Shown here: positions 28,718-38,997 of the stretch, in pieces
How the letters are laid out: every line of letters begins with the position of its first letter
How positions within the stretch are numbered: the first letter of the stretch is position 1
From: an uncultured Alphaproteobacteria bacterium
GTDB taxonomy: Bacteria > Pseudomonadota > Alphaproteobacteria > UBA6615
Assembly (NCBI GenBank): GCA_943787745.1
Contig: CALSNJ010000002.1
Span: 1,048,668-1,112,667, forward strand
Direction of reading: 5' to 3'
Length of the DNA: 64,000 bases
Program-made: the position numbers and the translations under genes
Notes under the pieces: model-generated
The model's database searches: none
What the model saw: the letters and a program-made list of their open reading frames with translations, nothing else
Told to the model about the DNA's origin: nothing

Positions 28718-30250
28718 CTAGAGCGGAATATTATCGTGCTTCTTCCAGGGGTTCTCGAGTTGCTTGTCTTCGAGCAACCGAAGCGCCCGGCAGAGTCGCC
28801 GACGGGTGTTTCGCGGATGGATCACGTCGTCGATGAATCCCCTTTGCGCCGCGATGAACGGATTGGCGAAACGCTGCCGGTATTCCTCGGTCAGCTCCTC
28901 AATTCGTTCAGGATTGTCACGCTCTTCCCGATAGATGATTTCCACGGCCCCTTTGGACCCCATCACCGCGATTTCCGCTGTCGGCCAGGCATAATTCAAA
29001 TCACCACGAATGTGCTTGGACGACATCACATCATAGGCGCCGCCATAGGCCTTGCGCGTGATCAGTGTGACCTTGGGCACGGTGGCTTCGGCATAGGCAA
29101 ACAGCAGCTTGGCACCATGCTTGATGATGCCGCCATATTCCTGGGACGTACCGGGCAGGAACCCCGGAACATCGACAAAGGTAACAATCGGAATGTTGAA
29201 GCAATCGCAGAAGCGTACAAACCGCGCTGCTTTCTTGGATGAATCAATGTCCAGACAACCGGCCAACACCATGGGCTGGTTGGCGACAAAGCCCACCGTG
29301 CGGCCCTCCATGCGACCAAACCCGATGATGATGTTTGCTGCATGGTCACGCTGCAACTCAAAGAAGTCTCCTTCATCGATCACTTTCGTGATCAATTCCT
29401 TCATGTCGTAGGGCTTCTGCGGGTCCGGCGGGATTAGCGTTTCCAGCGACGGCTCCACGCGATCATAGGGATCGCTGGTCGGCCAGACCGGTGGGTCCTC
29501 ACGATTGCTCATCGGCATGAAGTCATAAAAGCGACGCAGTTCCAGCAGGGTATCCACGTCGTTCTCGAAGGCGCCATCGGCCACGCTGGATTTGGTGGTA
29601 TGTGTACTCGCGCCGCCAAGTTGCTCCTGCGTGACGTCTTCATGGGTAACGGTTTTGACCACCTCCGGACCGGTCACGAACATGTAGGAGGTATCCTGAA
29701 CCATGAAGATGAAATCCGTCATGGCTGGCGAATAGACCGCACCACCAGCACAGGGGCCCATAATCGCCGAAATTTGGGGGATCACGCCCGAAGCGTTGAC
29801 GTTGCGCTGGAACACCTCGGCATAGCCCGCGAGCGAGCCCACGCCCTCCTGAATGCGGGCCCCGCCCGAGTCATTCAACCCAATGACCGGTGCCCCCACC
29901 TTCATGGCCATATCCATGACTTTGCAGATTTTCAGCGCATGTGCTTCTGACAGGGAACCACCAAACACGGTGAAATCCTGCGAGAACACAAAGACTTTGC
30001 GGCCATTGATCAGGCCCCATCCCGTGACGACGCCATCACCGGGAATAGGCTCGATATCTGCGGTCATCTCGTTTGGGGCCTGTTCGACAAACATATCGAA
30101 CTCCTCAAACGTCTCATCGTCGAGCAGAATTTCCAGGCGCTCCCGCGCCGTCAGCTTTCCCTTGGCATGCTGGGATTCTATGCGGCGTTCGCCGCCGCCC
30201 AACCGTGCACGGGCGCGACGAATTTCCAACTGCTCCAGAATATCCTGCAT
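28718..30250 (-). CDS. pccB: Propionyl-CoA carboxylase beta subunit
   Basis: [38 protein letters not shown]; 510 aa from ATG 30250. Confidence 0.93.
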   Translation of the reverse strand: MQDILEQLEIRRARARLGGGERRIESQHAKGKLTARERLEILLDDETFEEFDMFVEQAPNEMTADIEPIPGDGVVTGWGLINGRKVFVFSQDFTVFGGSLSEAHALKICKVMDMAMKVGAPVIGLNDSGGARIQEGVGSLAGYAEVFQRNVNASGVIPQISAIMGPCAGGAVYSPAMTDFIFMVQDTSYMFVTGPEVVKTVTHEDVTQEQLGGASTHTTKSSVADGAFENDVDTLLELRRFYDFMPMSNREDPPVWPTSDPYDRVEPSLETLIPPDPQKPYDMKELITKVIDEGDFFELQRDHAANIIIGFGRMEGRTVGFVANQPMVLAGCLDIDSSKKAARFVRFCDCFNIPIVTFVDVPGFLPGTSQEYGGIIKHGAKLLFAYAEATVPKVTLITRKAYGGAYDVMSSKHIRGDLNYAWPTAEIAVMGSKGAVEIIYREERDNPERIEELTEEYRQRFANPFIAAQRGFIDDVIHPRNTRRRLCRALRLLEDKQLENPWKKHDNIPL

Positions 30251-30328
30251 AACCATTCCCTGATCGCGTTGCGTGAGCATTTTCAATAGCAGTTTTGATC
30301 CGGCTTAGGCCAGATTGGCCGGCCCGAT

Positions 30329-31033
30329 TCAATTTGCGCGGACAAGCTCAACAAACCGCGCAGACGCCTCGAGGTCAGCCCGAAGAGTTTCCCGCCGCGC
30401 CTCCGCCTCTGGGTCCACGCCCCAGCGGGAGTTCTGGTAAGTTTCGTCAAGCTGGCTCGCCTCGAAAGCGGCCTGCGCATCGAGCCGTTCACGAACCAAT
30501 GCCAGGGCAATGACAAGGGATCCACTCGCTGCCGTCGCGACTGATAGCGCGGCAAGTTCAAATTCATCATGCTCATCAAGTGCAGATCGTAAGCGTTGAA
30601 TATCTTCAGGGCTTTGATCCACAGGCGAAATCCCTTCGGTCACCTTGAGATCTGCACCAAAGGAGTCCCGCGACCAGTCCAGCAAAGGCTGCCACATTCT
30701 CGATTGCATCACGACAAGCCCCGACGGCGCAGGTGCGCGATAACAAACGAGATCTGTCTCTGCATAAGCGGCGATCTGGTCGGTATAGCCGCTGCGGTCC
30801 CCCCGGACCCGGTCAACAGCTGTCGCCGCCATGCGCGTCAGAGGCATCGTCTCGACGTCGATCTCCTCGGCCTGCGCATCCCATTCGTCCGAAATGGCTG
30901 TCGCCAATGTCTTTCCGGGAACCTGCAACGGGTTCCGCATAGGCGTGCGGACAGGACGACCATCCAAATGAACCTCAAGTCCAATCCCGTCATCGACAGG
31001 GGCCACAACTACGGTGTCATAAAATCTCTTCAC
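30329..31033 (-). CDS. ATP12 family F1-ATPase assembly chaperone
   Basis: MKRFY, LDGRPVRTP, EWDAQ, MPLTR, TDLVCYRA, WGVDPEA. Confidence 0.92.
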   Translation of the reverse strand: MKRFYDTVVVAPVDDGIGLEVHLDGRPVRTPMRNPLQVPGKTLATAISDEWDAQAEEIDVETMPLTRMAATAVDRVRGDRSGYTDQIAAYAETDLVCYRAPAPSGLVVMQSRMWQPLLDWSRDSFGADLKVTEGISPVDQSPEDIQRLRSALDEHDEFELAALSVATAASGSLVIALALVRERLDAQAAFEASQLDETYQNSRWGVDPEAEARRETLRADLEASARFVELVRAN

Positions 31034-31054
31034 AGCTTGCTATCCAGTCGAATT

Positions 31055-34000
31055 TTATTCGCTACCATTACCCGGCTTTTGCGATGCGTCCGGTTCTCGC
31101 GCTCCCTCGGGATTGCCGCCCTGTACAGGCTTGGATGGCGCGGCATCTTTCTGCCCGTCTGCCCCCCTGACGGTCTGCACGCAAGGATGCGAGCTACCTC
31201 CCAATTCGGTAAGACCAATGAGCGCAGCAGGCGGAAACAGCACCGAACCCAGCAAGGCTCCAAGTTTTGTCAGTGTTGCAAGTGTATTGGGACGAAAGCT
31301 CGGATCGCTCAATGGTCCGCGCACATCAATCGGAACAGCCAGACTGAGATCAAAACCACGCGGAGACGGTTTTATCTTCAGGTTGTAGCGCTCTGTCGCC
31401 AGATTGATATCCCCGGAAACTCCCAGTTCGATAACTTCGGTCTTCAAAACACCAACTTTACTGGTTGCGATACCCTGCGCGATGTCGAAATCACTCGCCA
31501 GGCATTCGATTGCCACCCACTGCTTATTGTTGAGCACCTCGCCAATACCTGAGAACAGGCCACTGACAAACCCCAGACCCTCGTTCCGCATCCGTCCTTC
31601 AGACATCAACAGGCGCGCATCACCATCCAGACTTCCAACAATTTCAGCGATAGAGTGTCCGGATCCCGTAATCGAAGCATCGAAAGTCCCCTTCCCTTCA
31701 ATCACATCCAGATTGACGAAATCCTTAAGAAGTTGACCAATCTGCAGGTTCGGGCTTTGCAGGTTTAGCACCAGCAAAGGCTTTTCAGCCCGGGCATCAA
31801 ATTTGAACTCACCCTGCACATCGCTCTGTCTGTAGGTGAGTGCCAAGGGTTGAAAACTCAGCACATCGGAATCCAGGACAATGCGAGAATCGATGCTCCG
31901 GTAGATTCCGTAGGGGGTCACCAATTCTCCTGCCTTCAATGCCACATCAATTTTTGCAGCACGCAGAAAATCGAGCGGCAGCAAGTCTGCCGGAAATATC
32001 TTGTCGCTGGTATCTTTCGCGTCTTCAGCCAACACTGACTCTTTTGCAGGCAAGAGCGGGACAATTGCCGGTGTCTCGTCCGGGAAGACCAGTGTGGAAT
32101 CGAAACGCACTGTATCGATTGTTCCTGAGATGTCGGGCTGTACACCTGAAAAGACGATACGTCCCTGTGCTTTTAGATCGGAATCTTCGAGCTGAAGAAC
32201 GAGGTTCTCAAAACTGAATTGCCCCTCATCCCCTTTTACAATTGCTGTCAGATCTATCGGCAGATCCTGTGGCAGATCAAAGTCGACAAACGTTTTGAGG
32301 AACCCCAGCCGTTGCGCCTTGGCATCAAGAACGAGATCATAGTCGATGCTCTGATCCTTACCGGCAGTATCAACCGTCACGGACCCCGTAAGCGCTGTCT
32401 GCTCAAAAGACACAGGGTCAAAATCTAGGGCCACAGTCTTATCTGTGCCCTTGGCCGCAATATTTCCGGTTATCGGGCCAATATCCGGAAAATCCAAATC
32501 CACAATCGGATCCAGGATGGCCAGTGACTGCCCATCTGCCGTGACCGAGAGATCATAAGTCAATGCGTCCGAATCCTGTTCGAAGCCGGTTGTGAACTTT
32601 CCGTTCACCGACGCGTTCTGGAACTGCGCATTCTCAAGATCAAGGCGCAGGTTTTTATCATCCCCCCGCAGGCGGGCTTTGCCGGTGACCGGACCAAAGT
32701 CGGGAAGATCATCCACATAAGACGCAACGATGGTCAGGACTTGCCCGCTAAGATCGGCTGATACATCAAACGCAAAGCCAGAGACTTCCTCGGTCAGGCC
32801 GGTTTGAAGGAAGCCGGTAAAATTGACGTTCTCAACCTGAACACCCTCAGGCTTGATCCGCATTTCGACCAGATCACCAAACATCCGCACCTTCCCTGTC
32901 ATCGGGCTGATCACAGGAAGTGTGACATCGAGGAAAGGGCGGGCAATGTCGATCGACTGATCCTTCATGTCGAAGGTGGCGTCATATGTGATGGCACCGG
33001 CTTCTCCGAGGAAGTCCACGGTCGCTCCCCCGCTCACGGAAGACTGCCCAACGCGTGCCGTTTTCGCGTCAATCCGCAGCCCTTCCTGATTGCCGGTAAT
33101 TCCAAAGACACCGTCGACAGGCCCAAGGGTCTTCAGAGGTAAATCGACATAGGCATCGGCAAGCCCCAGAGACTGGCCATCAAGCGTCATCGACAGGTCA
33201 TATTCGATTGTCTCATCGTCGAGATCAATTTCCGCTCTGCCCGTCAGACGCGCATGTTCGGCTTGGACCAAAATTCCCTCAACAACCGGCTGAAGCGGTT
33301 TTCCGGAAATCCGTGCGCTTATGGTCAACGGACCAATATCAGGCAACGGGGCTGTTATGAATGGGTCGACCGTGCCAATCGCATCACCCAACACGGTAAT
33401 ACTGACATCAAAACCATCGGGTTCCTGAGGCTGGCGCACACCACCATCCACTTCAACCTCCAGACCGAATACCGTACCTGTCAAATTGACAGGCACCGGT
33501 TGTCGACCAGAGAAGATTGAATCCCATGACCCAATCCTGCCGCTCAAATCAACTTCAGCGGTTTCATCGGCCAGACGCAAACTTCCCTCGATATCAATAT
33601 CCAGAGGGTCGCCAGGCGCACCCGGTTCGGCAATGGCCTTTTTAATCGAAGCGCGGGTTTGCGTTCCGGCGCGCCCATCAACAATGTCGAAATTCACGTT
33701 CTCCAGACGAAATTGGGCGATCTCGAACGGCAGTTCATCAAATATACTGCTGTCGTCCTCCGGTTGATCGCTTTCCAGATTCGACAAAAAATCGAGATTA
33801 CTCCGCCCCTCATTATCGAATTCGATATCCCCGTTCACACCGCGGATAAACAGTCGTTCGATATCAACATATCCAGAGAGCAACGGCAGAATACGAACAT
33901 CGAGTTCCAACCGTTCCAATGACAACATCTGGGGAACCTTGGCCCATTCGGCATTGGCGAAGGTGACGTCGCGGACAACAAGCTTTGTCGTTGATCCGAT

Positions 34001-34174
34001 ATCCAGATCGATCACCCCATCGAAGGAGAGTTTCCGCCCTGTTTCCTTCTCGACGTAGGCCGTGATCCGGTCCTTGTGATTATTGGGATCCAGATTGAGG
34101 ATATAGGCGACCGCGGAAACAACCACGGCCACCAGAAGAATTCCGACAATTTTCAATATCGTGCGCAGGCGCAT
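31055..34174 (-). CDS. Long AsmA-family protein (~1040 aa) with six tandem internal modules
   Basis: N-terminal TM and AsmA N-region (VEKETGRKLSFDG, FANAEWA, LPLLSG); AsmA-like C-region (GDINLATE, VPIDVRGPLSDP). Confidence 0.88.
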   Translation of the reverse strand: MRLRTILKIVGILLVAVVVSAVAYILNLDPNNHKDRITAYVEKETGRKLSFDGVIDLDIGSTTKLVVRDVTFANAEWAKVPQMLSLERLELDVRILPLLSGYVDIERLFIRGVNGDIEFDNEGRSNLDFLSNLESDQPEDDSSIFDELPFEIAQFRLENVNFDIVDGRAGTQTRASIKKAIAEPGAPGDPLDIDIEGSLRLADETAEVDLSGRIGSWDSIFSGRQPVPVNLTGTVFGLEVEVDGGVRQPQEPDGFDVSITVLGDAIGTVDPFITAPLPDIGPLTISARISGKPLQPVVEGILVQAEHARLTGRAEIDLDDETIEYDLSMTLDGQSLGLADAYVDLPLKTLGPVDGVFGITGNQEGLRIDAKTARVGQSSVSGGATVDFLGEAGAITYDATFDMKDQSIDIARPFLDVTLPVISPMTGKVRMFGDLVEMRIKPEGVQVENVNFTGFLQTGLTEEVSGFAFDVSADLSGQVLTIVASYVDDLPDFGPVTGKARLRGDDKNLRLDLENAQFQNASVNGKFTTGFEQDSDALTYDLSVTADGQSLAILDPIVDLDFPDIGPITGNIAAKGTDKTVALDFDPVSFEQTALTGSVTVDTAGKDQSIDYDLVLDAKAQRLGFLKTFVDFDLPQDLPIDLTAIVKGDEGQFSFENLVLQLEDSDLKAQGRIVFSGVQPDISGTIDTVRFDSTLVFPDETPAIVPLLPAKESVLAEDAKDTSDKIFPADLLPLDFLRAAKIDVALKAGELVTPYGIYRSIDSRIVLDSDVLSFQPLALTYRQSDVQGEFKFDARAEKPLLVLNLQSPNLQIGQLLKDFVNLDVIEGKGTFDASITGSGHSIAEIVGSLDGDARLLMSEGRMRNEGLGFVSGLFSGIGEVLNNKQWVAIECLASDFDIAQGIATSKVGVLKTEVIELGVSGDINLATERYNLKIKPSPRGFDLSLAVPIDVRGPLSDPSFRPNTLATLTKLGALLGSVLFPPAALIGLTELGGSSHPCVQTVRGADGQKDAAPSKPVQGGNPEGAREPDASQKPGNGSE
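32126..33412 (-). repeat. Six degenerate ~72-codon repeats inside asmA
   Basis: (F/Y)D anchors at aa 257, 327, 399, 471, 542, 614 of the listed ORF, each followed by ~GQSL...VD...LP..GP..G. Confidence 0.8.
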
Positions 34175-34328
34175 CAACAATGCCTTCTGTTAGAAAATGC
34201 AGTAACGACATCAACGACTGAAGTCGGAAAAAGCTCCGCCACCCCATCAAGCACACATAGCGCATCACCCGGATTTGTTCGATTGCCATTCCTCTAAATC
34301 GCGGGAATGAACGCAAAATAACCTTGTT

Positions 34329-35294
34329 TCAAGCCGTTTTGGCATTGAATCCAAGGAATTTCCAACTTTCGTGCAATTCATCATCAAGCGGGGCAGAAAC
34401 CTGAAGGCGCTCTCCGCCCGCCGGATGAGGCAATGACAGGGATTGAGCGTGCAAATGCAGTCGCTTGGGGAGCCCCGCAAAAAAGCTCTCGCGGCCGCCA
34501 TACTTTCCGTCCCCCAAAATCGGGTTCCCCATCAAGGCACAATGAGCCCGCAATTGATGGGTACGCCCTGTCCGCGGGCGCAGTTCCAGCCAGGCGACCC
34601 GCCCGGCTGCATTGTCGATGACACGGTAGTCGGTCTCGGCAAACTGGCCCTCATCCGCAGCCTCCATCTTTTCATGTCCCAGACCGCCGCGCTTCTCAAG
34701 CGGGGCATCAATCGTTCCCGCTTCAACCTCAGGCAGACCCATAACAAGAGCCCAGTAGACTTTCTCGACCGTCCGGCCCTGAAAGGAGCGACTGAGGGTC
34801 TGAGCGGCCTGTCTGGTCCGCGCCAACAACAGAACACCACTTGTATCCTTATCCAACCGATGGACCAGCCGTGGGCGCTCAGAGGCGTCGTAGCGCAACG
34901 CATCGAGCATTCCATCGACATGGCGCGTGGTGCCAGAGCCGCCCTGCACAGCCAATCCAGATGGTTTGTTGATCGCAATCACGTGGTCGTCCTTGTAGAT
35001 GACACGGGATTGCAAATCAGCAGCAACCTTTGGCGGAACCACCGGGTGGGTGCGTTCTGTTTTCGCAGTCACCGGTGCCATCGGCGGCAGTCGAATTTCC
35101 TGACCGCTGGACAAACGCACACCGGGTTTTACGCGGCCACCATCAACGCGCACCTGACCTGTGCGCAACCATTTCGCCAGTTGCCCATAGGGGACGTTGG
35201 GGAAATGTCGTTTGAACCACCGGTCAACGCGGATATCGTCGTCATCGGCCGAGACTTCCATATGCCGAACGGCATTTTCTTCTGTTGTATTCAT
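34329..35294 (-). CDS. rluC: 23S rRNA pseudouridine synthase, RluA family (RluC-like)
   Basis: S4 domain; NKPSGLAVQGG, VHRLDKDTSG, TGRTHQLR, ILGDGKYG. Confidence 0.88.
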   Translation of the reverse strand: MNTTEENAVRHMEVSADDDDIRVDRWFKRHFPNVPYGQLAKWLRTGQVRVDGGRVKPGVRLSSGQEIRLPPMAPVTAKTERTHPVVPPKVAADLQSRVIYKDDHVIAINKPSGLAVQGGSGTTRHVDGMLDALRYDASERPRLVHRLDKDTSGVLLLARTRQAAQTLSRSFQGRTVEKVYWALVMGLPEVEAGTIDAPLEKRGGLGHEKMEAADEGQFAETDYRVIDNAAGRVAWLELRPRTGRTHQLRAHCALMGNPILGDGKYGGRESFFAGLPKRLHLHAQSLSLPHPAGGERLQVSAPLDDELHESWKFLGFNAKTA

Positions 35295-35671
35295 GTAAAC
35301 AAAATCCGCGCGAGCTTCAGCCCAGCAAAAAGCGCCGTTATCGATAGCGCAACTGATGCCACTATATAGGCACCTGCAAGCAGGAGCTGCCCGCGCTCAT
35401 AGAGCAACACCACATCCAGCGAAAACGTCGAAAAGGTTGTAAAAGCGCCCAGTCCGCCAACAGTCAGCAGCGCACGCATTTCCATAGACACGGGCCAGGA
35501 CACTGCAAAAACATGTACCAGTGCGCCCATGAGGAACGACCCCACCACATTGACGGTCAATGTCGCCCACGGAAAGCCTGTACCCAGAAGAACAACCGTC
35601 CCCACATTCACGAAATGTCGCCCCACGGCACCAATGGCACCACCACAGGCGATCGCAAGAATCATGTTCAC
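35291..35671 (-). CDS. crcB: Fluoride efflux channel Fluc/CrcB
   Basis: GGAIGAVGR, FPWATLTVN, GGLGAFTTFSTF. Start is GTG 35671 or ATG 35665. Confidence 0.93.
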   Translation of the reverse strand: MNMILAIACGGAIGAVGRHFVNVGTVVLLGTGFPWATLTVNVVGSFLMGALVHVFAVSWPVSMEMRALLTVGGLGAFTTFSTFSLDVVLLYERGQLLLAGAYIVASVALSITALFAGLKLARILFT

Positions 35672-35705
35672 GTCACACCGGGGCCCGGCAAAATCAGCCT
35701 GTTTG

Positions 35706-37028
35706 TCATGATTCTGAATCCTCAACGCGACGCTGTGACCGCAACTTATCCCAGTACTCTAGGCGTTTGGAAATCTCGCGTTCAAAACCGCGCTCAACAG
35801 GTTGATAGAAGTTCTGGCGTGCGATGTCTTCCGGGAAGTAATCCTGCCCCGAAAACCCATCTTCGGCATTGTGGTCGTAGCTGTAACCTGCCCCGTACCC
35901 CAGGTCTTTCATAAGGCCGGTTGGCGCATTCAGGATGTGCTTTGGCGGCATGAGTGAGCCCGTTTCTTTGGCCGCCCGCATAGCAGCGCCAAAGGCACTG
36001 TAGGCCGCATTGGATTTGGGGGCGCTGGCCAGATAGATCGTGCATTGCGCCAGCGCAAGCTCCCCCTCCGGCGAACCTATACGTTCATAAGCTTCCCAGG
36101 CTGCAAGCGCTTGGGGCAATGCCTGAGGATCGGCCAGACCGATATCCTCCACCGCAGCACGCGCCAGGCGTCGCGCGATAAAACGCGGATCTTCCCCGCC
36201 GGCAAGCATCCGCGCCAGCCAGTAGAGCGCTGCGTCCACATCTGACCCCCGCAGGGATTTATGGAGAGCACTGATCAGATTGTAGTGGCCTTCCTGCCCC
36301 TTATCATAAAGCGGCGCCCGCTTCTGGACAGTCTCAATCAATTGCGCGGTATCGAGCGGGGTGTCGCGGTCCAGCGCAAACAGTTCTTCAGCCAGGTTCA
36401 GCAAATAACGCCCATCCCCATCGGCCATGGCACGTAAGGCATGACGGGCCTCTTCATCGACAGGCATCGATCGCCCTTCGATCGCTTCCGCCCGCGACAA
36501 CAATTCATCAAGCGCAGCATCCGAGAGACGGTTCAAGACGAAGACCTGACATCGCGACAACAATGCAGCATTGATTTCAAAGGAAGGGTTTTCGGTTGTT
36601 GCCCCTATCAGGGTGACCGTGCCGTCTTCCACGTAAGGCAAGAATCCGTCCTGCTGGGCGCGGTTGAAGCGATGGATTTCATCGATAAACAGCAACGTCC
36701 CCTTCCCACCCGCACGACGCGCAGACGCACGTTCAAAGACCTTACGGAGGTCCGCAACGCCGGAAAAAACCGCAGAAAGGGGCTCAAATTCCAGATCTGT
36801 CTCAAGCGCAAGCAATCTTGCAATCGTCGTCTTTCCGCAACCCGGCGGCCCCCATAACACCATGCTCGCCAGTCGGCCATTTACCGTCATCCGACCGATG
36901 GGCCCCTCTTTCGCAAGAAGGTGGTCCTGCCCGACCACTTCGCTGATCGTCACTGGGCGCAATCTGTCTGCAAGCGGACGCGGCGCTTGCGCAGAAAACA
37001 TCTCAGACTGGTCCAGTGGGCCAGTCAT
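35706..37028 (-). CDS. rarA: Replication-associated recombination protein A (AAA+)
   Basis: PLADRLRP, GPPGCGKTT, IDEIHRFN, ATTENPSF, ISALHKS. ATG at 37028 overlaps the degQ stop (ATGA). Confidence 0.95.
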   Translation of the reverse strand: MTGPLDQSEMFSAQAPRPLADRLRPVTISEVVGQDHLLAKEGPIGRMTVNGRLASMVLWGPPGCGKTTIARLLALETDLEFEPLSAVFSGVADLRKVFERASARRAGGKGTLLFIDEIHRFNRAQQDGFLPYVEDGTVTLIGATTENPSFEINAALLSRCQVFVLNRLSDAALDELLSRAEAIEGRSMPVDEEARHALRAMADGDGRYLLNLAEELFALDRDTPLDTAQLIETVQKRAPLYDKGQEGHYNLISALHKSLRGSDVDAALYWLARMLAGGEDPRFIARRLARAAVEDIGLADPQALPQALAAWEAYERIGSPEGELALAQCTIYLASAPKSNAAYSAFGAAMRAAKETGSLMPPKHILNAPTGLMKDLGYGAGYSYDHNAEDGFSGQDYFPEDIARQNFYQPVERGFEREISKRLEYWDKLRSQRRVEDSES

Positions 37029-38443
37029 CCTGTGATCGAGATTGAAAACAGGCGTCCGGCGCGCCGCACCGTTATTTGCCACCGGGGACGCTGCTCAGAG
37101 ACCGCCGCCCGTAACTGTGAAACGCGGTCGATCTTCTGATCATTAATTTCAACAACCACATCACCGGGTCGGAATTCCAAGCGATGGGCGGGGCTGCGGG
37201 ACGCCACATCACGCACCACCACTCCGGTATCAAAATGATCCCGGCCCATCTCTGCCGCCAGCGCAGGAGATAGGTTTGCGATCGTCGCCCCCGCCAGGGG
37301 ATGCGGGCCGCGGAGTTGATGTTCGTTACGTGCCGGAATTTCAGGGGGATGTTCAAGGATCAAATCAACATCAAACAATTGATCGGGGCGCCGCACAGAC
37401 AACCGGGTCGTTTCACCCACAAGCCCCGTGGCAATCCGAAACCGCAGACCTTCTTCATCAAAGACAGGCTGGCCCTCTACGGCAATGATGATATCGCCGG
37501 ATTTGAGACCCGAACGCAAAGCCGGGCCCTCCGGGTGGATGTCAGAAAGTATGACCCCCTCGGGTCGCGCAAGGCCGATCGCGCTGGCAATATCAGGCGT
37601 GACCGTACCGGCCTTGGCACCGAGCCACGCCCGCCGCAACGCATCACCCGACGCAGCGCCTGCAATGACGGTTCGCACCATATTGGACGGAACGGCAAAA
37701 CCGATCCCCTGACTGCCTCCGCTTCGGGAGAAGATCGCGGTATTAATGCCGGCAAGTGTTCCATCCATCCGCAATAGCGCGCCCCCCGAATTACCCGGAT
37801 TGATTGCGGCATCTGTCTGGATGAAGAAATTGAAGTCGGAAATGCCAACATTTGTCCGTGCCAGGCCTGAAACGATACCGCTGGTGACGGTCTGACCAAC
37901 ACCGAAGGGATTCCCGATTGCCAGTACGAGATCGCCCACTTCCAGCTGATCGCTATCCCCCAGTTCGACATAGGGCAGGCTCTCACCATCGGTGTCGAGC
38001 TGCAGGATTGCCAGATCGGTTTGTTCGTCTTCGCGCAGAATTCGCGCGTCAAACTCACGGCGGTCGGACAACACCACCTTGATGGTGTCAGCTCCCTCGA
38101 TCACATGAAAATTCGTCACGATCAGCCCGTCCGGACGAACGATCACCCCGGACCCGAGAGAGTTCTCGGAACGTTCGCGTGGCTGCACGCGATCAAAGGA
38201 TTCACCGAAGAAACGCCGGAAAAATGGATCATTGAACAGAGGTGAAGCCGGGCCTCGCGGTTGAACAGCTTTGCGGGTAAACACATTGACCACAGCCGGG
38301 GAGGCCTGCTTCACAAGCGGTGCAAATGACAACATCACCTGTTCACGGCCTTCGGGTGCGACGCGCTGAGCAGCAGCATCCGACACATAAACGGCCGCCA
38401 GCAGGACCAAGGACAGGGCGATAATTCTTGAAATAGCACTCAT
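37025..38443 (-). CDS. Do/DegQ family periplasmic serine protease (2 PDZ)
   Basis: Signal peptide; GSGVIV, TNFHV, QTDAAINPGNSGG. Confidence 0.93.
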   Translation of the reverse strand: MSAISRIIALSLVLLAAVYVSDAAAQRVAPEGREQVMLSFAPLVKQASPAVVNVFTRKAVQPRGPASPLFNDPFFRRFFGESFDRVQPRERSENSLGSGVIVRPDGLIVTNFHVIEGADTIKVVLSDRREFDARILREDEQTDLAILQLDTDGESLPYVELGDSDQLEVGDLVLAIGNPFGVGQTVTSGIVSGLARTNVGISDFNFFIQTDAAINPGNSGGALLRMDGTLAGINTAIFSRSGGSQGIGFAVPSNMVRTVIAGAASGDALRRAWLGAKAGTVTPDIASAIGLARPEGVILSDIHPEGPALRSGLKSGDIIIAVEGQPVFDEEGLRFRIATGLVGETTRLSVRRPDQLFDVDLILEHPPEIPARNEHQLRGPHPLAGATIANLSPALAAEMGRDHFDTGVVVRDVASRSPAHRLEFRPGDVVVEINDQKIDRVSQLRAAVSEQRPRWQITVRRAGRLFSISITG

Positions 38444-38449
38444 GGTTCA

Positions 38450-38478
38450 ATTCTAGTCCGGTTCGCGCAAAGTTTCAT
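38450..38478 (-). promoter_or_regulatory. Putative promoter of degQ operon (possibly leaderless)
   Basis: Minus strand ATGAAA-N17-TAGAAT-N6-ATG; no SD visible. Confidence 0.35.
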
Positions 38479-38489
38479 TGCCGGAGACG

Positions 38490-38516
38490 AAAAAGGCCGC
38501 TCAAAAGAGCGGCCTT
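38490..38516 (-). terminator. Intrinsic terminator after rplQ
   Basis: Perfect 10-bp stem AAGGCCGCTC-AAAA-GAGCGGCCTT with a T-run on the minus strand. Confidence 0.85.
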
Positions 38517-38541
38517 GATCAAATTATCGTCGATGTGCGCC

Positions 38542-38970
38542 CTAGGCCGCAACCTCTTCGAAATCCTCTTCATTGACCTGAACCGGACCTGAATCCTGTC
38601 CCTTGGCGTCTTCGTCGCGATCCACCAACTCAATAATGGCCATCGGCGCAGAATCACCATAGCGGAAACCCGCCTTGAGAACGCGCGTATAGCCACCCGG
38701 GCGATCCGCATACCGCTCTGCCAAAGTAGAGAACAACTTCTCTACAAGAGCGCGATCCTTGATCGTGCTCAGGGCCTGACGGCGCGCATGCAGGTCTCCC
38801 CGCTTGCCGAGTGTGATCAGCTTATCAACGATGCTCCGCAGCTCTTTTGCCTTGGGCAACGTCGTCACGATTTGCTCGTGCTTGACCAGTGCGGTGGACA
38901 TATTCGCGAACATCGCCTTGCGGTGACTGCTCGTCCGATTAAGTTTCCGCGGACCTTTACGGTGTCGCAT
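38542..38970 (-). CDS. rplQ: 50S ribosomal protein L17
   Basis: [29 protein letters not shown]. Confidence 0.98.
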   Translation of the reverse strand: MRHRKGPRKLNRTSSHRKAMFANMSTALVKHEQIVTTLPKAKELRSIVDKLITLGKRGDLHARRQALSTIKDRALVEKLFSTLAERYADRPGGYTRVLKAGFRYGDSAPMAIIELVDRDEDAKGQDSGPVQVNEEDFEEVAA

Positions 38971-38997
38971 TGTAACTACTCCTAAGCTTCAGGACCG

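Noticed and set aside
35672..35705. Fluoride riboswitch upstream of crcB
   Set aside because: The gap after rarA is only 34 nt and shows no recognisable motif.
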